The notes under the pieces: generated by a model
The model's input: the letters and a program-made list of their open reading frames with translations, nothing else
What the model was told of the DNA's origin: nothing
Databases searched by the model: none
Translations under genes and position numbers: made by a program
NCBI GenBank assembly: GCA_964106915.2
Contig: OZ066918.1
DNA: 64,000 bases
Origin: Podarcis gaigeae
Lineage: Eukaryota
Strand: one strand, 5' to 3'
In this document: one piece after another, positions 37,641 to 51,050 of the stretch
Numbering within the stretch: position 1 is the first letter of the stretch
Layout: every line of letters starts with the position of its first letter

Positions 37641-40600
37641 AATATACAGTGTTTATCCTTGCAGTTAATCAGTCTGTTTGCAAATACAATTCCAGCTTAT
37701 TGGTCCAACACAATACTGTTAGAAAGTAAATAGGAAGCAGCATGGCCCAAACTGTACTTGGTCTAGCTTTGGTACATGTTCCTCTCCCCCCCCCCCCCCC
37801 GGCATTTGTCAATGATTTCTTTTGACCTTTTGGGGGGGTGTCTGGATAATAAACTATTTGGTATCTGACAGGCAGAAATTCAACAAATGGATATTTTCTA
37901 AGTCTATACTTATAGAACCATACTAGCGTATTATACCAATAGTGTAGGTCAACAGTCAATAGTGTGATACTGGATTTCTGACTCACACAAGAAACATCCC
38001 TTGTATGTCCTTTGTTTATTAACAACAGTAGTAAACCTCTCTCTTCAACTTCAAAACAGGTGTACTGCTGTGCTATGCAATTTTGTTGTGTGGCCCACTT
38101 GTAAAACAAACATGGAATTCTTCTTTTTTAATAATCCAAACACTTATGTTTAGATCTCTCAATTCGGCACCTCTGAGAATGCCTGAAATCGTTCATTTTG
38201 TGTGTGTGTATCACACAATAATAAAGGGAAAGTGTATAAGGCATTGATTGTGAAAAGAGAAATCATGTGAAATCTGCAGCTGGCCTTCCAACATTTGCAT
38301 TTCTGTCCAGACCACATCGTTTGGTTAAATCGCTAACCTAAAAATGAGGGGTTTCAGTGGAAATGCTGACAGATCCTAAACTTTTGTGGCACAAGAACCC
38401 TCAAGGCCACTTTGAACTAAGGTCAGGTTTGGAAGGAAAATGAAAGTCAGGGGTGGCTAGACATAAATATAACATTACAGGCTCCCCTCAGCCCTACCTG
38501 GCACCTACTGTTGTATACAATAACAGCTAGTAAGGTTGATAGTAGCCTCTAGTGGTGAACAGTTCTGGAATTTGGCCTACAAACATACTAGCTTCTGCTT
38601 TTCCATTAACAGCTCATGTTTGTCTGAAATGCTCCACCCCAGTTCACAACTTTCTCTTGCTTAATGCACAGGTTGATTACCTGCCTGAGCCTTAGGAACT
38701 CCTTGGGTCTGCTCTCTCCCACCACAGCATTTTCTTCTTGAAAACTAAATGGGCTTATGTACATCATTGCCAAACTACAGTAAGACCCATCATGACGTTG
38801 CCACAAGGTAGGGGAAGAACAGGTAGGGGGAAATTAAGTCACTTTCTGACAAATCAAGGAAATGCTGAATCTGGGAACAGATTTATTCATTCCATTCTCC
38901 CCCCCCCCCCCAGTAAGTGTAGTCACGTGCATTATTTTGCCTAATGCAAAGGTGGAAACATTTTGGCAAGTGCGCCATACACTAAATTAGGCTGGGCTCC
39001 TATGCACATGTAGCTTACAGAGCAACCGCCCCCTTGAGCACAATGGGCCTTACTTCTGAAAAAATATGCTTAGAAATGCACTGTTAGTGAGTCACAGAGT
39101 CTGCGTATTTCCTGTTTCTCAGGATGATTATGTTTGCTATTGCTTTCGTTTTCTCTCTCTGCGCCAGAACACGCTAGCAGGCGGTCATGTTTGTTCTTTG
39201 TTCTGACCAACGCTGAATAAACATTCTAAATGATACCCTCCTGAGTGCAACTTTTGCTGTGTGAATTCTGCTGACAGAGTGTGCACCAGCCTAAGAATGT
39301 GGCAATCTGTTTCTGAGGCTTGGTGTCGCTAATTGCTGATACTGCACGTCTACGGGAGGTCGATGGATCGTCTGGCAGCCGGCTTGGGGGCTCAGATGGA
39401 CTTTATCTCCCTGGCAGTATCCCAACAACGTGCACACCTTACTTTTGGGGTGGTTTTTATTTCTGGTATACTGAATGGAGGACCAGTCTGTAGCGTAAAG
39501 CTGGAAAGGAGAATATACCTGACTATGATAAACAGACCCATGGAGCACTTTGCTTCTGTCAAGGTTGTCAAGGTGTGCCACAAACCCCTGCTACCTGTGT
39601 CACGAGTTATAGTCTTCTGTCCTACTCCTTGCAGGTAAAAAATAACATATGTGGGCCTACCAGATAGTGACTGAAAACCCTTCTCTACCTTGGCAGTTCC
39701 AGACAGACATCAAAACAAGGTGGACCTTCATACGTGACGAAGTTAAGGCTTGGTGGCATTAATTGTTCAGCTTGACCAAGACAATTAACCAAACTACTCA
39801 AGCTAACCGAGCTGGGGGGTGGGGTGGGGAGACATTTTGAGTAGATAGGAAACTGTAGCCTTACAGATAACCCGCAAGAGGGGAAAGATTAAGTGTTCAT
39901 AAAAGTGTCTCTCTCCAAAAGCTTTATTCAAAGCATCTCTCTTCAGAGGGTTAAATGGCTTCTGCAGGGTCAAATTCTTTACTTCTTTCATTGACTTCTA
40001 TTGACTATTGCCCTTATTTTCCATTATTAAAATGAAATCTTCATTGAATACACTTGGCCTTGGAACATGAAATCAAACAATTTGAGCTGGCTCCCAGACA
40101 ACCTCAGACTGCTGATATTGTAAAGTAACCATTGGCAAAGCGCAGAACTGAAAGAATGAGAATAATGAACTCATTCAGAACAGCCGAGTAGGTCAAAAAG
40201 AGTTAGAACGTGCAAGGAACGTGCAAACCCGAGAAAGCTGCTGGGAAGCAATACTTTGAGAACAGATATGAAGGGTGTAAATGTGTAGTAACCCTGGGGA
40301 CGTCAGTGCAGTGGGGCTGTAATGAAGCCAGACTAAACAGAGGCCAGGATCTGGCCTAAGTATGGATTAGAACATTTAAAAATGTTGAAGTGGAATGAAA
40401 TAATGGCACAGTCCCTATAAAAAGAAGAAAATAATGGGAATCAGCAGGAATACAGTTGTTTCTTTAGATGCAGGATAAATTAACAATTCTGTTATTAAGC
40501 AACCTTGACAGAGAAAGACAGAATTATCAACTGATTCCAGTCTCTCTGATTAGCAGTTATAGACGAGGCAAGCCTTGAGGTAATATTACACACACACACA

Positions 40601-42677
40601 CTCTGACTTCACAATTGCTTCTTATAAATCCTTCTCACATAAATTAACTGGCCTCCAGATTTCAATGTCTCAATGTGCACTTGACAAAGGCGTATTACTT
40701 ATAGGGATCTGCACAGCAACTGACTGTAACATTTTCTTATTTGGAAATCAGGCAGAGAGCCACATGACTGTGGACTCACTAAAGCTATTCCATTACTAAA
40801 CGATTCTTGCCTGTTAAAAGTTGTCGTATAGAATGTGCAGACTGGACAAACCATTATATTCTTCATCTGGGAATGGGCTGTTCTCCTGAATGCATGGACT
40901 GCTTCCAAGTAGCTGATGTAGCTTGTGGAGCATATGCTAGGTAGATTTCAATCTCAGTAGGACACAGAACTGTGTGTATTCTGAACTACTGAGTGTGAAA
41001 TTGTGTGTGTGTGTGTACACAGAGACTGCCAGGTTACTTGGAGCTTTAGCTAGATGGAAGAGTAGGGATGTAGGTGTTTAGCAGACAAAAAAATTGTGTT
41101 GAGACCCTTATCTTACATGAATCTGGCTTACTGCCTTTTGGATACTATAACTAGGACACCATTTTGTGATCATACAATTTTTTAAGAGTCTCAAAATGGA
41201 CTGCATATAAGCATTGTCAGCCAGCCACCTGCTTATCAACTGTTTTCTATTTTGCTTCATTATTTCTTGATTATTTTAAATGTCCTTAAATGAGCCTTGA
41301 GAGTTTCCAAGTTTGACCAATCCAGGGCCAGGTTTATGGGACTGTGAAGAAAGCATGCAAGTGTGATTTACAAGTCCCCTTTCCTATTACACAAAATCCT
41401 ACAAAAGATTTTAAGCATACCTAATAATGTTTTTCTTCCCTATCCCTCTGTTTTGTTTTGTTTTTAAAACCTGCAGTTGAAAAGCACAGGTCCTAAAAAG
41501 GGAGACTGCTGTGTTTTGTTTTTTAAATCAGACAGCAATGATGAATACAACATGAAAACATTTAATAGTTCTCATTAAAGGCATTGGTGGAGAAAAGACT
41601 TGATTAATGAACAGTACGCCATGGTTATAAATAAGCTGCACTTTGCTTGTAACACAGCTGGTCAAGAAAATTAATGTTTTGTTTTCCGTAACCTTTGTAC
41701 TCTCCCTTCCTCTGCTACTATGGCAAAGCTTAATACATATTAAGTCAATCTTTCTCAGAAAAAGACAACACAACCTTGCCCAGATTTCAGATAGAAAGAA
41801 AGCAGACAACAAGAATTCATAAGCATTTGTTTTTGCCAAAGTTGAAAGCCACATCCTCTCTGTGTACTAGTGCATCTCCCCATTTCAGAAATTAACTTGC
41901 TGCCCAGATTTCTTTGTGTCAGCAAAGCACCTTCTGCAAAATATACCAGGAAAATATACTTAAATATATATTTAGCACCGAAACCATTCAGAAACCCATT
42001 CATCAGTAGGCTAAAAATAATCTAAGAACTGTTGCTTCACCAAATAGTTGGTGTGCATCCCCCCTCCACTGCTTCTATTACATTACCTAATCCTAAACCA
42101 TCTCACTCGCCCAGTCGAATAGTATTCCCATCAGAACAATAACTTTCTGCCCAAGGTGTGCCCTGTTCGATTCAACTAAGGAGAGGGGACACAGAAATTA
42201 TACTTAAACTCAGGTGAAGAAAAATGTATTTGCAAAATGTGCAGTTTGGAGGAATATTATTCTTGCCTATGAAAGGAACAAAATCTGATGGGTCGGCAGC
42301 CAACTATTGTATGATTCTTTTGTTGACTGAGCTGCTTCACACAGAGGTCAGCTGAGGGGTGGAACAGTCCTTGCAGCAAAGGAGAAGAGGGCAACAGAGC
42401 ACAGGAGAAAGCATTAAAGAGGCACCGCAACACAAAGGTTGCAATTAACTAGTGTGTTAGGAACTTTCTAAGAAAAGAAGAAGGACCCCAAACCCAAGAG
42501 AAAATATTTAATACAGAACTAATAACTGAAGTTTTTTAAAACCTACTATCCAAGGAGTAACACCATTCACACTGGTAAAAAGTATGGATATTTTCTACCT
42601 GATGGACACAAAAAAATAACAATCATTTCCATAGTGCGCCCAAGTTCTCAAACAGTGGGCCTAAAAACTGTTTAAGC

Positions 42678-42863
42678 CAGGGGTTGTCAACCTGGTCCCT
42701 ACCAGCCACTAGTTGGCGTTTCAGGATTCTAGGTGGATGGTAGGGGGTTCTATGGCACAAGCTGAATCCTCCTTCCATCAAGCACTGGTGGGCAGTAAGG
42801 AAATTTTACCCTCAAGAAAGATGCATTAGTGGGCAGTAAGTATAAAAAGGTTGACTACCTCTG
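42678..42863. mobile_element. hAT (Charlie-like) MITE
   Basis: TIR caggggttgtcaacct / aggttgactacctctg (14/16 match); 8-bp TSD gtttaagc / atttaagc. Confidence 0.85.
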
Positions 42864-42993
42864 ATTTAAGCAGTTAGGTATGTATGAAAACTTCTGGAAC
42901 TAAGGATCTGACACTGCAGTGGCAGTTTGGTAGGAGAAAGACAAGTCTCAAATAAACTGGGAAGTCTGTGACTGTTGGCAATAATCAGTGGTA

Positions 42994-43063
42994 GGGGAAG
43001 GGGAAGGGGAAGGGGGGAAGGAAGGAAGGAAGGAAGGAAGGAAGGAAGGAAGGATGGATGGAT
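42994..43063 (+). repeat. Compound purine microsatellite (GGGGAA)n(GGAA)n(GGAT)n
   Basis: Direct reading. Confidence 0.92.
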
Positions 43064-43249
43064 TCTGGGGGGGACGACGGACGACCAAGGATTGAGGACT
43101 CGTGGATCCAACCATGGCAAACATGCACAAGTCCCCAGTTCACGTGGCATAAAGGAAGCATAAAAAGACAAACCATTAGCCATTTTAAGATCCTTTGATA
43201 AGGCTTGGTTGTAATGTTATGTAGGACTGCTTCATTGTAGTGAAGATTC

Positions 43250-43420
43250 AGTGAGGTGTAGTGGTTAGTGTAGGACTAAGATTCAGGAGACTCAAATCTC
43301 CACTGAGCCATGAAGCTATTTACTATCTCTCAGCCTAATCTTCCTCATAGGTTTGTTGTGAGGCTAAAACAGCGGAACCTTGAGCTCTCTAGGATAAGGA
43401 CGGGATATAAATGCATTAAA
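43250..43420 (+). mobile_element. MIR-like tRNA-derived SINE remnant
   Basis: A-box-like ggtgtagtggttagtg, then caaatctccactgagccatgaagc, ctctcagcctaatcttcctcataggtttgttgtgagg and the tail gggatataaatg. Confidence 0.65.
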
Positions 43421-44864
43421 TATGGAGAAAACAACTGAGAACACACTTTGGGTCTCTTTGATGTCGACGCAGTTTGCAATACAGAGTGCAAAGATCTCAC
43501 AACTTCTGTTCATGCCTACCTCCTCTTGGTCCCCTAGAAAGGAATAACATCTTATTGGAACTTCTGCTACTGTAAAAAATCAGCATCACCAGTGGATTTA
43601 CACCAGCTCAATACACAGATCTATCCTGGTTTCTGCTAGAAGCTCCTTCCAAAATTCAGCCATAGAACTTTATGAGGAGTAGCCAGTATAGTTAGTTTCA
43701 TAACTTTATAAGAACTGACCTGAAAGTTAAATTATTCCAGTGGCTTCAAAACTACTTGGGTTCTGTACTTCCCACAGGGCAACATTATTGATTATATTTC
43801 TGCTTCATCCTGTAATAATGTTCTCCCTAAAATGAGATGCAGATGGAAGCTTTATGGTTATCCAGCTTTAATTAAAACATATTAGAGCAGCAGTCAGTAC
43901 AGAAAGGCTAGCAAGTATACTGTAATTTGGGGAAAATGTCTTAAATCACTCCTGTAGCCTAACAGTTTTTGAGGGATCCGAGGGGTGGGCAAGATTTCTC
44001 TCTCACACATGACCAATGCTGGCTGGTGCCCAATTGGACTGGTGGGGTGGAAAGCAAGGAGACAAACTGTAGGTGGAGCCACAGTCAGCAATAGGAAGAG
44101 CCACCCCTGACTGGAAGTGGGGCTGTCCCCTGGCATACTGAGATTGGTGCAGGGCATCCTTTGCCCCAATGGCCCAGTCTCCACTGTGCATGATAGGTGT
44201 GGATGACCTACTTGCTCACTCCTAACCCACATGACAATGTTATGGAAAGGGAGGTGTCCACTGTGTAAGAAAGGATTTAACCTGGATTTGGTACCAAAGT
44301 CTTTCTCTAGTATATACCAAAAATGAAGAGTTCCTTGGATCAGAATTTGAATTTCTAACTTTAATTTGTTTATCCTAATGGTGTCCAAACCAAAGTTGGG
44401 TTTGCTTCTTTCAAACTTGGCAGGATAGCTGGCCAACTTTACCATGGTTTGTTGTTGGGTTAAGAACCCTGGCTCATTTAGATCAACTAGCTTGGCTCCT
44501 GGATTTGGGATGGCACATAAACTAAGCTTGATTACAACTTCCTGGTTTGCTTCTTTCACTCATTGCATGGTAGAAGCAACATGGGAGTGATTGAAATGTG
44601 TGCATGAGTACCCTGTGTATTCCCAGCAAGCCATACAAATCCAGCACCCTGGCTTACTGGGAACATGCTAATGCAACCACTGCCTCCTAGATACCCTTTT
44701 TAGATGACCCCACGCTGGCTCTGTGGCAGCTATTTAGTCCATTTTAGTTTCCTCTACACAGGCCATACATCAAAGGAGTGCAAAGGAGTGTTGGAGTCAC
44801 CCCTGCCCAAAAGTCAAGCAGACCCATATGGATAAGGCAGGTACATGTGGATGAGCTCTTGCCT

Positions 44865-45052
44865 TGATGATGATGATGATTAATTATTTATACCCCAACA
44901 AGAGATTAAAAATACATTAAGACACCAGTCATTAAAAACTTCCCTAAACAGAGCTGTCTTCAGATGTCTTCTAAATGTCAGATAATTGTTTATTTCTTTG
45001 ACATCTGATAGGAGGGCGTTCCACAGGGCGGGTGCCACTACCGAAAAGGCCT
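44865..45052 (-). mobile_element. L2-clade LINE 3' end
   Basis: The translation AFSVVAPALWNALLSDVKEINNYLTFRRHLKTALFREVF is a typical L2 ORF2 C-terminus, followed by a simple-repeat tail. Confidence 0.82.
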
Positions 45053-45632
45053 TTGACTCCCTAAAACCAAAGAACAACAAGGTCCATTCTAGGGAAATAC
45101 CCCTTCAGTCTCAAAGTAACGCCTCAGGGAGCTCACCAATGTGCATAATTTGATATAACCCCTAAAGCCACGTTCCTGGAAAGTTTGGGTCCAGAGAAAC
45201 TTTCTCTTCTATCTCACTTCCATACAGGTTTTGAAGAAGTGGTAATTTGCTACTTTGTTGTTATGACAAAAATACTGTATATGGTTATAAAAATAAAAAA
45301 AACCATCTGCTCCCAGCAACAATTTTATTTTATTTTTAAAAATACCATTATTGTCATGTTCCCAATGCTGATTTCAGTCAAGTCTTTAAAAATATTTATG
45401 TAAGAATGTAAGATTTATATAACTTTTTTGTATTAGTTTCCCCTTTTGCAGCAACTGTCCCTGCTGGTGTATTTCTGTCCAGAATAATATTTTTATAATA
45501 TTGTGGTCACTAGGAGTTTAATAGGAACAGTGAGAGTGTTGTTTGTGTAGTTTACTAGAAAACAGCAGTCCCTTTGGGGCATCGCTTATCTACATTAGAA
45601 AAACAAAGGTGGATATATTTTGGTGGGCACAC

Positions 45633-45633
<1 letters not shown>

Positions 45634-45675
<42 letters not shown>
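45634..45675 (+). repeat. (CA)n microsatellite
   Basis: Direct reading. Confidence 0.95.
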
Positions 45676-45678
<3 letters not shown>

Positions 45679-48600
45679 CCCTTCTGGTAAGAGCTTGTCT
45701 TCTATCATTGGCTTTCAGCCCATACAACTGTAAGCAGGGTTTGGTTGTGTGTGTATTCAATATATAAACAAACTGGAGGGAAGGGAAGGAAGAAACCTCT
45801 TAGATAATAATCACAAAAATGGTCCTGAACTTTTTCAGCATGACTGCCAAAAAGAAAACTAAACTAATCTAGGGACACTTGAGCAATTAAGCCTTGGTCA
45901 ATTCTGATATGAAGTGACCTGATTCGCACCTCCCCAAACTAAGGGGCAAATATGCTTCAACTTGTTTCTTTGTGATTTAAGACTAAATTAAAAACTGACA
46001 GTCAAGTTGCATTTCTTCATACAGTAATTACACATTGTTTCAATTATTCAAGACCCACTCATTCACCATCTGGGATAGACATTCTGATAATCCCCTTTTT
46101 GTGAACTTTTTCTGCCACTATATAATGTGTTCAAGAAGAGAAAAAGGGAAAGAACACAGAAAGCAAAGGGTGAGTTCTGAGAGTTCCTGGTGTCATATTC
46201 CTTCATTTATCAGGTTGCCAGATTTACCAGTTTCACTAAACTTATGCCTATCAGTTTGCTGTGCATGGAATGACTATCCTCTAGTCTCCAAGAGCAGGCA
46301 AACTTTTATGTTAGTGAAAAAGTATAAGTTGTGGAACTAAGCAATAATGAAGATTTCAGAAACAATCCTAATGCAGGCATTATGTATGTAACTATCTCTT
46401 ATATATCTGTTACTTTCCCTATCACACTATTCACACCTTCCTGCCACAGGCAAGATTTAAGCATGATTTGTCTATGTACCAGAACCACTTTGTGTGCGTT
46501 CTCTGCTCTTTCTTGGGAAGCCTATTAAAATCATTGGCACTGAAGTGCATTCCCTGGCTGGCTAGTGACAGTGATGAAAGTTAAACAAAACAGGAAGTTG
46601 ATGTTAACCATGCTAAAAGCAAGTCCATCTGAAGTTCAAAGAATGAAAGGAAGGGAAGGGTGGAGAATCTTCAAGGAAGTGGGAACCATACAGTCTTCCA
46701 AGAAAATCCAGAGCGCCAGCTAAGCAAAGCATCACCACATTTAAATAATAATAACAACAACAACACTAAAAGGATGCAGAGTTCCACTACATAGGGCTAA
46801 GTGAGAGGCATTTGGTTAGCATCATTCTAGTTTCGTTTCAAAGCCTTCCACTCCAAGCTTCTGCATGAGAAATCCCACCACCACCCTTTCTTTCTGAACA
46901 GCTGGTTTTCATGGGTTTCTAGCTTGGCGCAGCTTCCTGACACCTTGGAGGCTCCTTGGAGGCAGCAAGCATATAAGGTAAAAAGAAAAAAGGCAGGAGA
47001 AAATGAAACCACTCTTGTACCCATCTACTTAAATTCACTTATGCTTGGCAATGGTTTTAAACTGGTAGCTTGACAGACAGCCGCTGCTGGCTTACACTGG
47101 AAGCTGCCTAATTTAGTATGCCAACATTCCCTAACACGTGTACATCCCAAAAAAGGCTTCTGTCACTTTCTTAGGATGTAATAATCTGTGGGGGGGAAAT
47201 TATAAACATTTTAGGGAGTGTTTCTGCAGTACGATCTCGTTACTGGTAAATATAAGATCTCCCCAGAAAGGCAGATTGTGACTTTATTCCCTTTGATCAG
47301 GTACATTTATATACTAGAAAAATAAAGCAGGCAATCTGCAGTATAAAAAACATTCCTTCTAGCAACAATCACCTACAAAAGAGGGAGGATACAATATATG
47401 GGCTGTATGTCAACTATCATACAGTTCAATCTTCAAAGAAAAAGTTGAAGAAAGAAAGGGATCAGACAGAAAGCAGACCCCCCTATAGCAGTGATGATGA
47501 TACTGAATAATCTGAAGCCTTACAATGCACCGTCCTCAAGAGGCTGCTCTGCGTGCTCTGAAGGAATATTTGTCTAAACAATTTCATTTGGGTTAATGCA
47601 ATTATTGCATGCAGGCTCTCAACAAGGAGACACACACAGAAGGATGAAAAAAAGTACAACCTTTGACCATGTTCACATGCCAATTGAACAGTTACGTCAA
47701 TTTAATAAATCCTTTCTTTCCAGTGAAGGTGGGCTTTGAAGGTGGGCAATAGGTGGGGAACCTGTGGCCCCTCCATTGTCGGAGGCAGTCTGTCTCTAAA
47801 TACCAGTTGTTATGAACTGTAGATGGAGAGCTCAGGTTCAAGCTGTTAGGCTCAGGTTCTGCTTCAAATAATAATATTATTATCTGAATAATATTATCTG
47901 AATAATACTATCTGTTGATGATGATGATGATGATATTTATACACTGCCCATCTGGCTGGGTTTCCCCCATGGGCATTTGGTTGGCCACTGGGAGTTCAGA
48001 ACATTTCCAGCAACTACATGCTAGCATTTAGACCACTCCCATACAGCTTCTGGCCATAGCCTGAAGGCAGTAGGTAGGGAACCGTGTCACCACTGCCAGG
48101 AAAATGCTATCCCTTTCCCTACCCCACCCCTTTTATTGTAAGTGGGCTCTTCCATTCCCAAAGGAGAGTGCATAGCTAGGTACGGAGACAGGGGCCCACT
48201 GAAGGCAGCTGCTTTATCTACAGCCCTTGAGAGATGTAGTGCAATATATTCTTAAAAGCTAAATTAATCCATGTGGAGAGAGCGAGCATGTGTGATTCTT
48301 ACAAAGGAGCAAGCCATGACTATTTAACATTGAGCCAATTCAGCACAACTGCTTTGTTGGAAACCCTCTAGCCATGTTTGCATTGGGAACACATGATCTC
48401 TAATGAGGAACATGTGTTCAGTAAAAATGATAAAACACCTGAGTTAGAAAGGCAGGAGCAACGAATGACCTTTCCCCACATTTTGCTGCCTGGAAACTGT
48501 TTTACTGAAACTTATGGCTTGGAGACTTAGAACGTGATAAAACAGGTGGGACTGGCACACTGCACGTTTCTATCAGCCCTCTGCCTTGTAAAGTCAAGGG

Positions 48601-49346
48601 CGGAATGGTGTGAAACATCAGCGATGCATGCAAAACAAACAGCATTCTTAAACTTCAGCAAGATAGCCTGGCCTGATCCAAGGTCTGTTGAAATCTACAG
48701 GAACTGACCAGTGACATCAACAAAACTGAATCGCATCACTTCCACATAAAAATCTTTTCACGAATTTTGTAGTCACAATCTAAAATGCAGAGACACTGGG
48801 AAACTTTGGCTCAAGTCTGAATGTTTTATACAGAGGGTCCTGAAATGTGCATGGTTGCTTACCAGCCAAGAATACGTATATAAAAGGGAATGTCTGCAAA
48901 AGAATCAATGGCTGGGCAATGGCTGGACAAGATTTATTCCCTCTGTGGAATGCTACATCTTGATCTCCAATCGCTTTACCCAAACAAACATTCAACCCCA
49001 AAGCTGTTTATACATGTCACTAGCAATGCGAAGCCACTTATCACTGGTAATAATATTCTCTACTGCTATAGTAATATCTGAAAGCAGGAACCACAGGATC
49101 AGGGTCACCTCAACCACGAATGGCTTTGTGCCACTTAATCACCTTGGCAAAGCACAGGACCCAAGTCCAGTCAAGTTATTTTGGCACCTGAGGCAGAAAA
49201 TTATCACAAATTTAGTCCAGAACTAAAAATACAGCAATAATAAATTAAATAACTAATAATTTCCTGCCATTTCACAACACTTCAAAACTGAGGCATAGCC
49301 TTCACTTTGTCTGTCTAATAATAAGCAACTCTGTCCATCACTTCTG

Positions 49347-49348
49347 TT

Positions 49349-49400
<52 letters not shown>
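49347..49400 (+). repeat. (TTTC)n microsatellite
   Basis: Direct reading. Confidence 0.95.
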
Positions 49401-50799
49401 GTGAAATCACGGTCCTATTGCAGGGCCATATCCTTAGCTAGTAGCTTTGCCCTCAGAATAGTTAGGCTGGCATTAGACCTGCTCCAACATAGCACCTGAA
49501 GAGAAGACAGTGAGGTTGTAGCTGTACTGTAGGCTGGCTAAAGACCAAAAATAATATTTGCATCTGACACAATATCCTCAGAACCAGAATGTCATGGCTG
49601 CAGAGGAGCAGTGGGAGGTACCAGCTAGGGAACCTCCCCAGGGGAAGAAAGCTTAGATTTGCAGTTTCACTTCCACAGAAACTAAGTCCGCTTGCCTTAC
49701 ATACTTTCTGGACATTCATATGAAACTTCTACCTAACATTCAGCAGTATCAATGAACTACTTGCTTTTTAAGTACCCTGCTCAGAAGGAGTGGATTGCTA
49801 TATATCAGGAGTGGAGATTTGCAGGCCAGAGCCTTAATTCCCTCACCAGGTGCCAACTCTGATGAGTGTACAGGATTGCCCACCTGTCAATCACATGCCA
49901 GTTACCTGACATCGAATTGACATTAGGTGATCCATTTTCCTTAGCTGGAATGGTTTGAAATCAATCTTCTCTGGGCAGAGTTACAGTAACTTTGCAAGCA
50001 CTGAATCTCAGCAGATGTGAAGATTGATGCTTTCCTGGCTACTCTAAAGAGTTCCTAATATAATAATCACTTTGCGGTACTTGAAGTTTTATTAGTAGTC
50101 TCAGACAAAGGTTGTACACCCAGTTAATCTGCTTTTAAGTGGTTTATGCTTAGGAACTTTATAAGAAGGGTTTTTATTTGTTTATTTTTCAATTTTATTT
50201 TTGAGAATTTAACAAAAATTCGAGTCAGGTGGTTGGCCCTTTAAGAGTGGTTTGTACTCCCACAGAGGGGAGTAGAGTGTAGGAGAGAGGGACAGGAGGC
50301 AAAGGCTCAAATAGTTTCTTGCCCAGAACTCTCCTTGGTGCTGAGACAGTGGCCTATCTTGCTCCCTTGCTGCAGTCATGTCCTAAATTGCAGATCCTAC
50401 AATGAGCAGGATGTGGACTAGATGATGTCCAATGTACCTTTCAACTCTTTAATTGTATGTCCTGAATATCAGCATTAAAAGGTATATCCAGAGGTTCAAT
50501 TGTTCCCAGTAGCAAATGTCTATGGATTTCAAATCTCCTTTCCAAGTGACATAGTTAATAGTCATCACCATATCTGGTGATGGGGAATTCTAGAAGTTTA
50601 GAATGCATTTTATGAATTATTATTTCCCTTTTGTCTATTTTGAAACTATGGCCCAAACCATTTAATTGGTTGGCTCAGTACTCCTGAGCCCACTAATTGA
50701 AAAAAAACTCTCTCATAATTCCCTCCCCAGAGACTTTGTTTCTAAACTACAAAATAAATAAATCTTGAAATTTGTCATAAGAAGCCAGACTCAGCCTCT

Positions 50800-51050
50800 G
50801 GATTCTTTTAGCTGCTGTTCTCTGAACCTTTTACAGCTTTACGGTATCCTTTTTGAGGTGAGGTGACCAAACCTGTGTGCAGTATTTTAAATGAGACAGC
50901 TCCGTGTATTTATCAGAGTCATTTTGGCACTTGCCATTTCTATTTTTAATCCCACCCCACACCACCAGAAACTCCCAACAAGCTTTTTTTTTTTTTGCTG
51001 CTGCTGCTACACACTGAACAGTCCACTACAACCCTATTTCCTGTAGAGTC
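50800..51050 (-). mobile_element. Old CR1 ORF2 fragment
   Basis: The minus strand gives an HL.YC.Q.WSPHLKKD..KL.KVQR-like sequence (aaatactgcacacaggtttggtcacctcacctcaaaaaggatacc...aaaggttcagaga). Confidence 0.6.

Noticed and set aside
42866-43183. Low-complexity ORFs (PSFL / GRKE repeats)
   Set aside because: Translation of the (GGAA)n microsatellite
43894-44559. Longest ORF in the track (221 aa, minus strand)
   Set aside because: No recognisable domain, non-ATG start and no evident exon structure; an ORF of this length can occur by chance in 64 kb. A BLASTp hit would change this.
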